A stretch of DNA of 64,000 nucleotides from Acidimicrobiia bacterium (lineage in GTDB: Bacteria; Actinomycetota; Acidimicrobiia; IMCC26256; JAENVU01): the NCBI GenBank assembly GCA_031422675.1, contig JANPMG010000013.1, positions 5,403 through 69,402 on the forward strand. The letters run 5' to 3'. A program made the translations under genes and the position numbers. Shown piece after piece: positions 33,815 through 42,891 of the stretch (positions are counted from its first letter, which is position 1; each line of letters starts with the position of its first letter). The notes beneath the pieces are model-generated. The model saw only the letters and a program-made list of their open reading frames with translations. It ran no database searches and was not told the origin of the DNA.

Positions 33815-34978
33815 GTGAGCCGTCGGGTGTGTGTTGCGGGTGTCGGGCTGGCCGACGGTCCCACGACCCCCGGTCTCACCGCACTGATGCTCCAAGCCCA
33901 GGCGTTCGGCCGGGCCACCGCCGACGCCCGGATGACCAAGCAGGACATCGAGGGACTCGCGTCAGCCGGGTACGGAGGAATGCACGAGGTCCAGCTCGCG
34001 GAATATCTCGGGTTGACGCCGCAGTGGCTCGATTCCACCGCGTGTGGTGGTTCGAGCTTCGAGTTCCATCTGCTCCACGCCTACCGCGCCATCCAAGCCG
34101 GCGACGTGGACACGGTGGCGATCGTCTACGGGAACAACGAACTCTCGGCCGCCGGGAGATCTCTCGGAACCGGCCGGGCCGGCGGCGGTGGGGTGGCGGC
34201 CATGCCCCACCCGATGAGTTACGAACTGCCCACGGGACTAACGCTGGTCGGCGCGTACGCGATGGCGGCCCAACGGCACATGTATCAGTACGGCACTACG
34301 TCGGAACAGCTCGCGTCGATCGCGGTACAGACCCGTGAGCACGCAGGTCGGAATCCGAACGCGATGTATCGAGAGCCCATCACGGTCGACGACGTCCTGA
34401 GTTCGAAACTGGTCGCCGATCCGCTGCACAAACTCGACTGCTGCGTGGTCTCCGACGGTGGCTGCGCAATCGTGCTCACCACGGAGGCACGGGCCAAGGA
34501 TCTGGGCCGGCCGCTCGTCTACGTGCGCGGCGCGGCCGCGGGGATGACGCATCACTCGATTCAGGCGATGCCCGATCTCACGGTGACCGCGGCGGCCGTC
34601 ACCGGACCGAAGGCGTTCGCCGCGGCGGGGATCACGCCGGCGGACGTCGACACGTTCCAGATGTACGACTCCTTCACCTACACGGTTTTGGTCTGCCTCG
34701 AAGATCTGGGGTTCGCACCCAAGGGGGAGGGCGGACCGTTCGTGGCGTCGGGTGCGCTCCGGCTCGGGGGTGCACTGCCCACCAATACCGACGGCGGTGG
34801 CTTGTCGGCCACGCATCCGGGTATGCGCGGCCTGTTCTTGATGTGTGAAGCCGTACGCCAACTGCGCGCCGAGGCCGGCGAGAGCCAGGTGGAGGGTGCC
34901 GAGATCGCCGTCGCCCACGGCAGCGGCGGGTGGCTGTCCACGATGGGCACCGCGGTGTTCGGCACCGAGCCGGCATGA
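33815..34978 (+). CDS. thiolase-fold lipid-transfer protein (Ltp/SCPx-type, non-acetylating thiolase-like)
   Basis: 387 aa from VSRRVCVAGVG. Thiolase-like fold. Followed by a coupled DUF35 gene, the usual Ltp partner. Confidence 0.85.
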   Translation: MSRRVCVAGVGLADGPTTPGLTALMLQAQAFGRATADARMTKQDIEGLASAGYGGMHEVQLAEYLGLTPQWLDSTACGGSSFEFHLLHAYRAIQAGDVDTVAIVYGNNELSAAGRSLGTGRAGGGGVAAMPHPMSYELPTGLTLVGAYAMAAQRHMYQYGTTSEQLASIAVQTREHAGRNPNAMYREPITVDDVLSSKLVADPLHKLDCCVVSDGGCAIVLTTEARAKDLGRPLVYVRGAAAGMTHHSIQAMPDLTVTAAAVTGPKAFAAAGITPADVDTFQMYDSFTYTVLVCLEDLGFAPKGEGGPFVASGALRLGGALPTNTDGGGLSATHPGMRGLFLMCEAVRQLRAEAGESQVEGAEIAVAHGSGGWLSTMGTAVFGTEPA

Positions 34979-35430
34979 CCATGGCCGGGAAGAAACCGTC
35001 GCGGACCGGTGGGGAGTCCGGCGTTCCTGCGTATCTCATCCCGCGCGTCACTCCGGAGGCGGCCGAGTACTTCGCCGGCACGGTACGAGGAGAACTGCGA
35101 ATCCAGCGGTGTTCGGCGTGTCGGCGTCATCACCATTACCCGCGCGTCGCCTGCCCGCACTGTGGATCCTCCGAGTTGGTGTGGATCACGGCGAGTGGGC
35201 TCGGAACTCTCCACTCCTTCACCGTGATTCGTCAGCACGGCATTCCGCCGTTCAAGGAGCAGGCACCGTTCGTGGTCGGTCTCGTGGATCTGGACGAGCC
35301 CGGTGCCCGGTTCATCGCGCAGATGTCCACGCTGGATGTGGACGAGGTGGCTATCGGCATGCGCGTCCGGGCCAGCTTCAAACCGGCCGGTGACGCCGTG
35401 GCGTTCGTGGAGTTCGAGCGCGATGGCTGA
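34975..35430 (+). CDS. Zn-ribbon/OB-fold DUF35 protein
   Basis: 151 aa. CSACRRHHHYPRVACPHCGS zinc ribbon followed by an OB fold. ATGA overlap with ltp. Confidence 0.85.
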   Translation: MTMAGKKPSRTGGESGVPAYLIPRVTPEAAEYFAGTVRGELRIQRCSACRRHHHYPRVACPHCGSSELVWITASGLGTLHSFTVIRQHGIPPFKEQAPFVVGLVDLDEPGARFIAQMSTLDVDEVAIGMRVRASFKPAGDAVAFVEFERDG

Positions 35431-36064
35431 CGAAACCCGGGACGGCCCACTCGCCGGTGCCGTCGCCCTCGACGGACGGCCGCTCGGGCGGCGCGGTGCC
35501 GAGACCCGAGCCCGGCTTCTCGATGCGACGGCGCAGCTGCTGGAAGACAACGGGCTCCGGGAACTCCGCGTCGTCGACATCGCCCGGGCTGTCGGCCTTT
35601 CGCCTGCGACCTTCTACCAGTACTTCGCCGATGTCGAGGCCGCAGTGCTCGCACTGTCGATTGCGGTCGGTGAAGAGACGTCGTCGCTGGCGGGGCTCCT
35701 GGCGGAAGACTGGAATGGTCCCGAAGGGTTGGAGTTCGCCCGCCGGCTGGTGGCGGACTTCATCACCAACTGGGACGAACACCGCGCAGTGCTGCGGACG
35801 CGGAACCTGGCCGCCCAAGAGGGCGACGAGCGGTTCCGTTCCGTGCGCAACGAGTCACTCCGACCGCTGACCGAAGGCATCGGCGCGAAGGTGGCGGCAC
35901 GGGAGGACTCGGGTCTCGCGCCCTACGCCGCCGGGGCCGCGATGGTCTCGATGCTCGAACGCATGGCCGCGTTCCACTTCGACCTCGAAGCGTACGGAAC
36001 CTCCCGCGCCGACGTGGTGGAGACGACCGCCCGCATCCTCCACCACACCGCCACCGGGCAGTAG
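35423..36064 (+). CDS. TetR-family transcriptional regulator
   Basis: 213 aa. HTH region LRVVDIARAVGLSPATFYQYF. Start overlaps the DUF35 stop by 8 nt. Confidence 0.85.
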   Translation: MADETRDGPLAGAVALDGRPLGRRGAETRARLLDATAQLLEDNGLRELRVVDIARAVGLSPATFYQYFADVEAAVLALSIAVGEETSSLAGLLAEDWNGPEGLEFARRLVADFITNWDEHRAVLRTRNLAAQEGDERFRSVRNESLRPLTEGIGAKVAAREDSGLAPYAAGAAMVSMLERMAAFHFDLEAYGTSRADVVETTARILHHTATGQ

Positions 36065-36088
36065 GTCGGGGTCCGGCTCGCTCCGCCC

Positions 36089-37627
36089 TCAGCCGGCGGG
36101 GTGGGCGGTGAACTCGACCTCGCGTTCGAAGGTGCGCTCGAACAACTCCCGTTTGCGGCGTGCGCCCCACAGCTCGAGCTCGGGATCGCCGTCGGACCGG
36201 ATATGCAGCAGCACGAGTTCCGGACCGACGCGCGCCTGGACGCCGGTGACCACTTGCTTGCGACTGCGGTCGAGTCCGTCGGCGATGCGCAGGATCGCCG
36301 CCAACCGGCGGACGCGATCCCGTTGGCCGGGTTCGAGGGTACCGACGAGATCGTCGTTGGGTTTCGGGTCGCCGCGCCGATGCCAGCGGACGAGACCCGT
36401 CAGCACGCTGATCGAGGCGGGCGTGAGCCCGCGCAGGTTCCCATGATGCACGAGGTAGGCCGCGTGCCGGTCGTGCCCTTCGTGGGCGACGTGCTCACCG
36501 ATGTCGTGGAGCAGGGCCCCGTACTCAAGGAGCTCGCGGTCGTCGTCGTCGAGATGGTGCAACTCGCGCGTCTGGTCGAAGATGGTGAGCGCCAACCCGG
36601 CCACGTGCCGGGAGTGGGCCTCGGGCCACGAACAGCGGCGGGCGAGCGACTGCACGGACGCACGACGGATGGCGAACGGGTCGTCGGAGAAGTCGGCGGC
36701 CTCGTGGCGTCCGACGGCGTCGAGCACCATCCCCTCGCGCAGGGCCCACTCGCTGACCGTCATCTCCGACACGTCGAAGAGTTCCATCGTGATGCTCATG
36801 AGCTCGGCACCGGCCACGATGAGATCGACGCGCTTGGCGTCGAGCCCGTCGAGCTTCTTGCGCTGCGCGTTGCTCGACTCCACGAGCAGGTCCCGGAGTT
36901 CGTCGAGTTCGACGCGGGTGAAGGAGAGGTGATGCAACGTTCTCGGCATTCGGGTGTCGCGGCGTGCCGCGATCATGTGGCCGAGATCCTCGATCGTCCC
37001 ACTGCTCCCGACCGCCATCTTCGGCTCGAGCTCCGCGGCCTCCACGGCGCGCGGGCCCAAGACATCCACGATGTGCTTGCGGAGCCGTCGCCGGTCGGCA
37101 CTCGAGATCGGATCCGATCGCACGAACTCGGCGGTGAGCCGGGCCACGCCGAGTCGTTCGCTGGCGGCCCAGGCGAGTCCACCGACGTCACCGACCATGA
37201 TTTCGAGGCTGCCGCCGCCGAGGTCGAAACACACGGCCGGCGCGGGATCGATGGTGACCGCGGCGCGGATTGCGGTGAAGATCAACCGCGCCTCTTCGAG
37301 CCCGTCGATCACATCTGCGCTGATACCGGCTTCCTGCTCGATGCGGTCCAGGACCTCGTCGCCGTTACTGGCGGTACGGAGCGCGCTGGTGGCGCAGGCC
37401 AGGATCTCGGTAGCCCCGGCGGCCTCGGCGAGCAGGCGGAACCGGCGCATCGTGGCGACGGCCGCGTCGGCAGCCGCAACCGTGATCATCCCCTCCCGGC
37501 TCACCACATCGCCGAGGCGCAACATCTCCTTCTCGCCGCTGACCGGAGTGAAGGAACCGTCGGAGTGGACGTCGGCGATCACGAGATGGAACGAGTTCGA
37601 TCCGAGGTCCACCGCTGCGATCCGCAC
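36089..37627 (-). CDS. ppx: Ppx/GppA exopolyphosphatase with a C-terminal HD domain
   Basis: 512 aa. N-terminal AAVDLGSNSFHLVIA (ASKHA fold); HD motif LLHDIG. Confidence 0.9.
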   Translation of the reverse strand: MRIAAVDLGSNSFHLVIADVHSDGSFTPVSGEKEMLRLGDVVSREGMITVAAADAAVATMRRFRLLAEAAGATEILACATSALRTASNGDEVLDRIEQEAGISADVIDGLEEARLIFTAIRAAVTIDPAPAVCFDLGGGSLEIMVGDVGGLAWAASERLGVARLTAEFVRSDPISSADRRRLRKHIVDVLGPRAVEAAELEPKMAVGSSGTIEDLGHMIAARRDTRMPRTLHHLSFTRVELDELRDLLVESSNAQRKKLDGLDAKRVDLIVAGAELMSITMELFDVSEMTVSEWALREGMVLDAVGRHEAADFSDDPFAIRRASVQSLARRCSWPEAHSRHVAGLALTIFDQTRELHHLDDDDRELLEYGALLHDIGEHVAHEGHDRHAAYLVHHGNLRGLTPASISVLTGLVRWHRRGDPKPNDDLVGTLEPGQRDRVRRLAAILRIADGLDRSRKQVVTGVQARVGPELVLLHIRSDGDPELELWGARRKRELFERTFEREVEFTAHPAG

Positions 37628-37633
37628 GACCGA

Positions 37634-37639
37634 AGGCTA
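37634..37639 (-). promoter_or_regulatory. -10-like TAGCCT, 6 nt upstream of the ppx GTG
   Basis: revcomp of 37634-37639. Confidence 0.3.
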
Positions 37640-37752
37640 CGGCGCACGCGTTGGCCCTCGGACCATCGAGCGCGCCCACGATTGCGGGTGCGCAGATGCG
37701 CGTAGTGTGCCCGTCGGTCGGCGGCGCCGCCGGCTGACGGAGGGAGCCCAGC

Positions 37753-39222
37753 ATGTCCGTATCCGGTGAAGCTCGCATGTTGATCGACGGTGAACTCGCG
37801 TACGCGGCGTCAGGAGCCACATACGCGAACGTCAACCCGGCCACCGAGGAAGAGATCGGCCAGGTGGCCGACGGCGGGGCCGAAGACATGGCGCGCGCCA
37901 TTGCATCGTCGCGGCGCGCCTTCGACGAGACCGACTGGGCCACCGATCGCGAACTGCGCATCCGTGGTCTCCGGCAGCTGCAAGCGGCGTTGGGTAAAGA
38001 GCGGGAAGTCCTCCGTCCCCAGATCGTCGCCGAGGTGGGTGCGCCGTTGATGCTCACGTACGCGGTGCAGCAGGACAGCTGCATCGACGACATGGAATGG
38101 GACATCGACTGCATCGACCGGGTGGAGTGGGAGTACGACCTCCCGGTCCACGAGTTCTTCGGCGCCACCAGCGCCCGCCGTGTGGTGCGTGAGCCCATCG
38201 GTGTCATCGGCGCCATCACACCGTGGAACTTTCCGTTCATGCTCAACCTCTCCAAGGTCGTCCCGGCGCTGGCGGCGGGGAACACCGTGGTGCTGAAGCC
38301 TGCGCCCGACACGCCGTGGAGCGCCACCCACATCGGCAAGCTGGTCGCCGAGTACACGGACATCCCCGCGGGGGTGTTCAACATCGTGACGTCGGGCGAC
38401 CCCGCCACCGTCGGCGAGATGCTGACCGACGACCCGCGCGTCGACATGATCTCCTTCACCGGTTCCACCGCGATCGGCAAGCGGATCATGGCGCGGGGTG
38501 CCGAGACGCTGAAGCGCGTGTTCCTCGAACTGGGGGGAAAGTCCGCCAACATCATCCTCGACGACGCCGACCTCACGGCGCAGTGTGGAAGCGGAGCGAT
38601 GGTCTGCATGCACGGTGGTCAGGGTTGCGCGATCACCACGCGCATGCTGCTGCCCCGGTCCCGCTACGACGAAGGTGTCGAACTGCTGAAGACCGCGTTC
38701 GAAAACTGGAAGTACGGCGACCCGAATGAAGCAGAGAACTTGCAGGGTCCGCTGATCAACGCGCGTCAACGCGAGCGGGTGCTCGGTCACATCGAACAAG
38801 CCAAGGCCGACGGTGCGCGCCTGCTCGTGGGTGGCGGCCGACCCGCGCATCTGGAGAAGGGCTTCTACGTGGAGCCGACCCTGTTCGTCGACGTCGATCC
38901 GGATTCGGCGCTCGCTCAGGAAGAGGTCTTCGGTCCGGTGCTCGCGGTCATTCCCTACGACGACGACGACGACGCGATCCGGATCGCCAACAACTCGAAG
39001 TACGGCCTCTCCGGCGCAGTGAACGGTACCAACCTCGAGCGGGCCTACGGCATTGCCCGCCGCATCCGTTCGGGGACCGTCGCAGTGAACGGCGGACAGT
39101 GGTTCGGTCCGGACTCGCCGTTCGGCGGGTACAAGCAGAGCGGGTTGGGGCGGGAGCACGGCGTTGCCGGGTTCGAGGAGTACCTCGAGACCAAGACCAT
39201 CGGGCTCCCGGCGCCGGCGTAG
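37753..39222 (+). CDS. NAD(P)-dependent aldehyde dehydrogenase
   Basis: 489 aa; ELGGKSANI, catalytic-Cys region HGGQGCA. GGAGGGA SD at 37738-37744. Confidence 0.9.
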   Translation: MSVSGEARMLIDGELAYAASGATYANVNPATEEEIGQVADGGAEDMARAIASSRRAFDETDWATDRELRIRGLRQLQAALGKEREVLRPQIVAEVGAPLMLTYAVQQDSCIDDMEWDIDCIDRVEWEYDLPVHEFFGATSARRVVREPIGVIGAITPWNFPFMLNLSKVVPALAAGNTVVLKPAPDTPWSATHIGKLVAEYTDIPAGVFNIVTSGDPATVGEMLTDDPRVDMISFTGSTAIGKRIMARGAETLKRVFLELGGKSANIILDDADLTAQCGSGAMVCMHGGQGCAITTRMLLPRSRYDEGVELLKTAFENWKYGDPNEAENLQGPLINARQRERVLGHIEQAKADGARLLVGGGRPAHLEKGFYVEPTLFVDVDPDSALAQEEVFGPVLAVIPYDDDDDAIRIANNSKYGLSGAVNGTNLERAYGIARRIRSGTVAVNGGQWFGPDSPFGGYKQSGLGREHGVAGFEEYLETKTIGLPAPA

Positions 39223-39274
39223 CCACTCGCCTCGTTCGCCAGCTGGTTCGCCGGGGTACCGCGGGCACGGCCTC

Positions 39275-39280
39275 TAACCT
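39275..39280 (+). promoter_or_regulatory. -10-like TAACCT, 8 nt upstream of the gpmA ATG
   Basis: TANNNT; spacer 39281-39288. Confidence 0.3.
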
Positions 39281-39288
39281 GCACCGCC

Positions 39289-40014
39289 ATGTCGACGCTG
39301 ATCCTGCTCCGTCACGGCCAGAGCGAATGGAACCTCGCCAACCTGTTTACCGGTTGGGTCGATATCGGGCTAACGCCGAAGGGCGAGGCGGAAGCGGTTC
39401 GAGGGGGCGAGCTGCTCGTGGAGCACGGTGTGCTGCCCACGGTTCTGCACACGTCCCTCCAACAGCGAGCGATTCGAACCGCGGAGCTGGGGCTCGCCGT
39501 GTGCGATCGCAGTTGGATCCCGGTGCGGCGCTCCTGGCGGCTGAACGAGCGGCACTACGGCGATCTTCAGGGTAAGGACAAGAAGGAAACCACCGAGCAG
39601 TACGGCGCCGATCAGGTGAAGATCTGGCGCCGCTCGTTCGACGTGGCGCCACCGGACCTGGAATGGGATGCATCCGCCGATCCGCGCTACGCCGCGATCC
39701 CACCCGACGTGATCCCGAAGGCCGAGTGCCTTGCCGATGTCGTCAACCGGATGCTGCCGTACTGGCATGACGCCATCGTGCCCGACCTCGTGGCCGGGCA
39801 CGTGGTCCTCGTCGCCGCGCACGGCAACTCGCTCCGGGGACTCGCGATGCATCTCGAAGGGATGACGCCCGACGAGGTCCTCGAACTCAACATCCCCACG
39901 GGGCAGCCGCGCGTGTACGAGCTCGACGATCACATGGCCGTTCTCGGGTGGCGGTACCTCGATCCCGACGGCGCGGCGACGGCCGCCGCCGCGGTCAGCA
40001 AGCAAGCAGGCTGA
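39289..40014 (+). CDS. gpmA: 2,3-bisphosphoglycerate-dependent phosphoglycerate mutase
   Basis: 241 aa; [39 protein letters not shown]. Confidence 0.95.
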   Translation: MSTLILLRHGQSEWNLANLFTGWVDIGLTPKGEAEAVRGGELLVEHGVLPTVLHTSLQQRAIRTAELGLAVCDRSWIPVRRSWRLNERHYGDLQGKDKKETTEQYGADQVKIWRRSFDVAPPDLEWDASADPRYAAIPPDVIPKAECLADVVNRMLPYWHDAIVPDLVAGHVVLVAAHGNSLRGLAMHLEGMTPDEVLELNIPTGQPRVYELDDHMAVLGWRYLDPDGAATAAAAVSKQAG

Positions 40015-40037
40015 GAACTCGGCTGAAGTACCGGACT

Positions 40038-40053
40038 GGCCGGCGCTCCGGCC
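40038..40053 (+). terminator. GC hairpin (GGCCGG-CGCT-CCGGCC) 24 nt after the gpmA stop; weak terminator candidate
   Basis: 6-bp stem, 4-nt loop, no U tract. Confidence 0.25.
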
Positions 40054-40086
40054 GGGATCGGCCGGGATCGATCTGCACCCGGTCCG

Positions 40087-40092
40087 TAGACT
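40087..40092 (+). promoter_or_regulatory. -10-like TAGACT, 6 nt upstream of the aldolase ATG
   Basis: TANNNT; spacer 40093-40098. Confidence 0.3.
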
Positions 40093-40098
40093 GGGTCG

Positions 40099-40869
40099 AT
40101 GGCGATGACAGAGATCTCAGTTCCGGAACTGGACGGCAGCGGACGCACGGTCGAGGAGGAGCGGCTCCACCGCAAACAGCGGTTGGCCGCCGGGTTCCGG
40201 CTGTTCGGCAAGTTCGGTTTTGACGAAGGCGTGGCGGGCCATATCACCGCTCGTGACCCCGAACACCTCGATCACTTCTGGGTGAACCCGTTTGGCAAGA
40301 GCTTCAAGCAGATCCGGGTATCGGACCTCCTGCTCGTGAGCCACACCGGTGAGGTCGTCGAAGGCGACGCGCCGGTCAACGGTGCCGCGTTCGCCATCCA
40401 CTCCCAGGTGCACGCGGTGCGGTCCGACGTCGTGGCCGCCGCGCATTCGCATTCGATCTACGGGAAGTCGTGGTCCTCGCTCGGCCGGCGGCTCGATCCC
40501 ATCACCCAGGATGCCTGCGCGTTCTTCGACGATCACGGCCTGTTCGACGACTTCACCGGCGTCGTGCTCGATGTCGAGGAGGGCCGACGGATCGGTGGTG
40601 CGCTCGCCGATCACAAGGCGGTCATCCTGCGCAATCACGGGCTCTTGACCGTCGGACACAGCGTCGAGGAAGCCGTGTGGTGGTTCATCACCATGGAGCG
40701 GTCGTGTCAGGCCCAGCTCCTCGCCGAGGCGGCCGGGACGCCGGTGCTGATCGACCCGGAGATGGCCGCCCGCACCGCGGCCCAGGTGGGATCGCACGTC
40801 GCGGGCCTGTTCTCGTTCCAGCCGCTCTGGGACGTCATCACCGCCGAACAACCCGACCTCTTCGACTGA
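40099..40869 (+). CDS. class II aldolase/adducin-family protein
   Basis: 256 aa; GHITARDP.., AAHSHS.., ILRNHGLLTVG. Confidence 0.85.
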   Translation: MAMTEISVPELDGSGRTVEEERLHRKQRLAAGFRLFGKFGFDEGVAGHITARDPEHLDHFWVNPFGKSFKQIRVSDLLLVSHTGEVVEGDAPVNGAAFAIHSQVHAVRSDVVAAAHSHSIYGKSWSSLGRRLDPITQDACAFFDDHGLFDDFTGVVLDVEEGRRIGGALADHKAVILRNHGLLTVGHSVEEAVWWFITMERSCQAQLLAEAAGTPVLIDPEMAARTAAQVGSHVAGLFSFQPLWDVITAEQPDLFD

Positions 40870-40887
40870 CCCCACCGCGCTTTCTCA

Positions 40888-40940
40888 CGGTTTTAGCGTC
40901 CTGAGTTGCTGCGGGGCAGCAACTCAGGACGCCAAAACGG
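40888..40940. repeat. 53-nt palindromic repeat, copy 1 (near-perfect hairpin; probable bidirectional terminator)
   Basis: CGGTTTTAGCGTCCTGAGTTGCTGC-GGG-GCAGCAACTCAGGACGCCAAAACGG. 17 bp of perfect inner stem. Starts 19 nt after the aldolase stop. Confidence 0.9.
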
Positions 40941-40960
40941 CAAGGTCGGCGCGCTGGCGG

Positions 40961-41000
40961 CGGTCGGAAGCGGTATGAAGCGGTATGAAGCGGTATGACG
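40961..41000. repeat. 4 x 10-nt tandem repeat (CGGTcgGAAG, CGGTATGAAG, CGGTATGAAG, CGGTATGAcG)
   Basis: Read directly. Lies between palindrome copy 1 and the DUF559 gene. Confidence 0.85.
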
Positions 41001-41061
41001 CGCCGGTAAGACGGCAGTGTCACACCCCGGTGCTCAAATGCGACGCATGGGACACGATTCG

Positions 41062-41988
41062 ATGCGTCAACTCGCCCGGTTCACCGCCGCGCATCACGGC
41101 GTCTTCCAAGTCGCAGACGCGATCGCGGCCGGCTTCACGTATTCGCAGATCCGTCAGCGCAAGGCCCGCGGCGAGTGGGTCAGCGAGTACGACACCGTGC
41201 TGCGGATCGCGGGAACCCCGGATTCTCATCACGGCCGCCTCCTCGCCGTGTGCCGGGCGGCCGGGGCTCGAGCCGTCGTGTCGCACCGGGCGGCGACCTG
41301 GCTGTACGAATGCCCTGGTGGCAGCGCGACGCTCGTCGAGATCTCATGTCTTCGGTGGCGACGTTCACGACAGATGGGTATTCGGGTCCACGAGACGAAG
41401 GCACTCACCGCGGCCGACGCCACCGTGATCGGTGGGATTCCGGTCACCACGATCGAACGGACGCTGCTCGACCTCGGCGCGGTGCGCAATCTTCCAACCG
41501 TGGAGTTGGCGCTCGAGCACGCGCTGCATCGCCGACTCACCACGCTCGAAGCGCTGGATCGTGCGGTCGCCCGTTTGGCGCGCTCAGGCCGACCCGGTGT
41601 CACGACCCTCCGGACCCTCGTCCAGGCGCGCCTGGCCACTCCGACGGTCCCAACTGAGAGCGCGCGCGAGACGATGCTGATGCAGCTCATCCGCGACGCC
41701 GGCCTGCCGGACCCGACGCGGCAGTTCAAGATCTACGACGGCCGGGAGTTCCTCGGTCGCGTGGACCTCTCGTACCCGGATGCACGAATCACCATCGAGT
41801 ACGACTCCGATGAGTTCCACACCGGCTATGTCGCCACCGCCGCCGACTCGACTCGTCGCCACCGGCTCATCCAAGCGCATTGGCTGCCGATCACCGCGGT
41901 CAAAGCCGACCTCGCCGACGGGGGCCGGCACTTCATCGGCGCACTCCGTGTCGCGCTCAGGGACCGTTCCCCGGTTTTAGCGTCCTGA
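41062..41988 (+). CDS. AbiEi-like N-terminal HTH / C-terminal DUF559 (Vsr/restriction-endonuclease-like fold) protein
   Basis: 308 aa from MRQLARFTAAHHGVFQV (AbiEi_4-like). C-terminal pattern YPDARITIEYDSDEFH. Upstream in-frame starts at 41017 (GTG), 41038 and 41047 are possible. The stop codon lies inside palindrome copy 2. Confidence 0.8.
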   Translation: MRQLARFTAAHHGVFQVADAIAAGFTYSQIRQRKARGEWVSEYDTVLRIAGTPDSHHGRLLAVCRAAGARAVVSHRAATWLYECPGGSATLVEISCLRWRRSRQMGIRVHETKALTAADATVIGGIPVTTIERTLLDLGAVRNLPTVELALEHALHRRLTTLEALDRAVARLARSGRPGVTTLRTLVQARLATPTVPTESARETMLMQLIRDAGLPDPTRQFKIYDGREFLGRVDLSYPDARITIEYDSDEFHTGYVATAADSTRRHRLIQAHWLPITAVKADLADGGRHFIGALRVALRDRSPVLAS

Positions 41989-42024
41989 AGTGCTGCCCCG
42001 CAGCAACTGTGGACGCCAAAACCG
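41972..42024. repeat. 53-nt palindromic repeat, copy 2 (degenerate stem, complementary loop CCC)
   Basis: CGGTTTTAGCGTCCTGAAGTGCTGC-CCC-GCAGCAACTGTGGACGCCAAAACCG. About 85 percent identical to copy 1 in either orientation. Confidence 0.9.
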
Positions 42025-42033
42025 TTCGGGCGG

Positions 42034-42831
42034 TCAGGGGGTTGCGATTTGGTCCTTCGCCCAGGCGGTGGTGCCGGCGAGGAACGCGCCGGTGTCGGGG
42101 AACTTGGCCCCCACGATGTCGGCGAACCAATCGGGGACGTAGATCTCGAACGTCCCCGCGTCGAGCGCGGCGAGTACCGGCTCGACCATCGCGCTCGGGG
42201 GCAGCGCATCGATCGTTGCCAGCGACGGGTCGTTATCGGGGAGGTGGAACAGGCGGGTGTCGATGACCCCGGGATTCACCACGTGGACGCGTACGTCGTG
42301 ACCCGCGACCGCGAGGTCCACCTGCATCGATTCCGAGAACCCCGTGAGCGCGGCCTTCGACGCGGTGTACGCCGCTTCGCCCGGAGGACCGAGCCGAGCC
42401 GCGACCGACGAGATGTTCACGATTCGGCCGGACCGTTCGATCAGCTCGGGCAAGAACGCGAGCGTGAGCCGGACCGGGGAGAGGTAGTTGATCCGCATCA
42501 CCTCCTCGACGATCTCGGGCGTCAGGGCGACGACGTGTTTGCGTTTCGGTATGCCGGCGTTGTTCACGAGGACGTCGAGGCCACCGAGCTCGATGCTCAC
42601 ATCGGCCGCAAAGATCTCGAGCTGGTCGAGGTCGTTGAGGTCGATGGTCCACATACGTGAGGCCGGCGAGTGCTCCTGCACCCGGGCGAGAACTTCGGCG
42701 AGCTCGGGCTCACGACGGGCACACAGGCCGACGGTGGCACCGGCCTCGGCGAATCCGACGGCCAGCGCAGCACCGATCCCGGTGGACGCGCCGGTGACGA
42801 GCACGTGCTTGCCCTTGACGGAGTACCCCAT
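42034..42831 (-). CDS. short-chain dehydrogenase/reductase (SDR)
   Basis: 265 aa from MGYSVKGKHVLVTGASTGIG; NNAG; YTASK. AGGAGC SD. Confidence 0.9.
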   Translation of the reverse strand: MGYSVKGKHVLVTGASTGIGAALAVGFAEAGATVGLCARREPELAEVLARVQEHSPASRMWTIDLNDLDQLEIFAADVSIELGGLDVLVNNAGIPKRKHVVALTPEIVEEVMRINYLSPVRLTLAFLPELIERSGRIVNISSVAARLGPPGEAAYTASKAALTGFSESMQVDLAVAGHDVRVHVVNPGVIDTRLFHLPDNDPSLATIDALPPSAMVEPVLAALDAGTFEIYVPDWFADIVGAKFPDTGAFLAGTTAWAKDQIATP

Positions 42832-42877
42832 CGATCTGCTCCTGTCTCGCTCCGGGCTGTTCAGCGTACGGCGGCGG

Positions 42878-42883
42878 TAGCCT
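42878..42883 (+). promoter_or_regulatory. -10-like TAGCCT, 8 nt upstream of the SDR GTG
   Basis: TANNNT; spacer 42884-42891. Confidence 0.3.
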
Positions 42884-42891
42884 CCGCGGTC

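Larger units (their letters stand above)
40888..42024 (+). mobile_element. candidate repeat-bracketed DUF559 cassette inserted between convergent genes (speculative)
   Basis: The two palindrome copies bound a 1.14-kb segment holding only the tandem 10-mers and the DUF559 gene. It sits between the stops at 40869 (+) and 42034 (-). No transposase is present. Confidence 0.3.

Noticed and set aside
40051-40070. 2 x 10-nt tandem duplication GCCGGGATCG upstream of the aldolase gene
   Set aside because: It has only two copies and is GC-rich. It lies next to a weak terminator hairpin, so there is insufficient evidence for a regulatory role.
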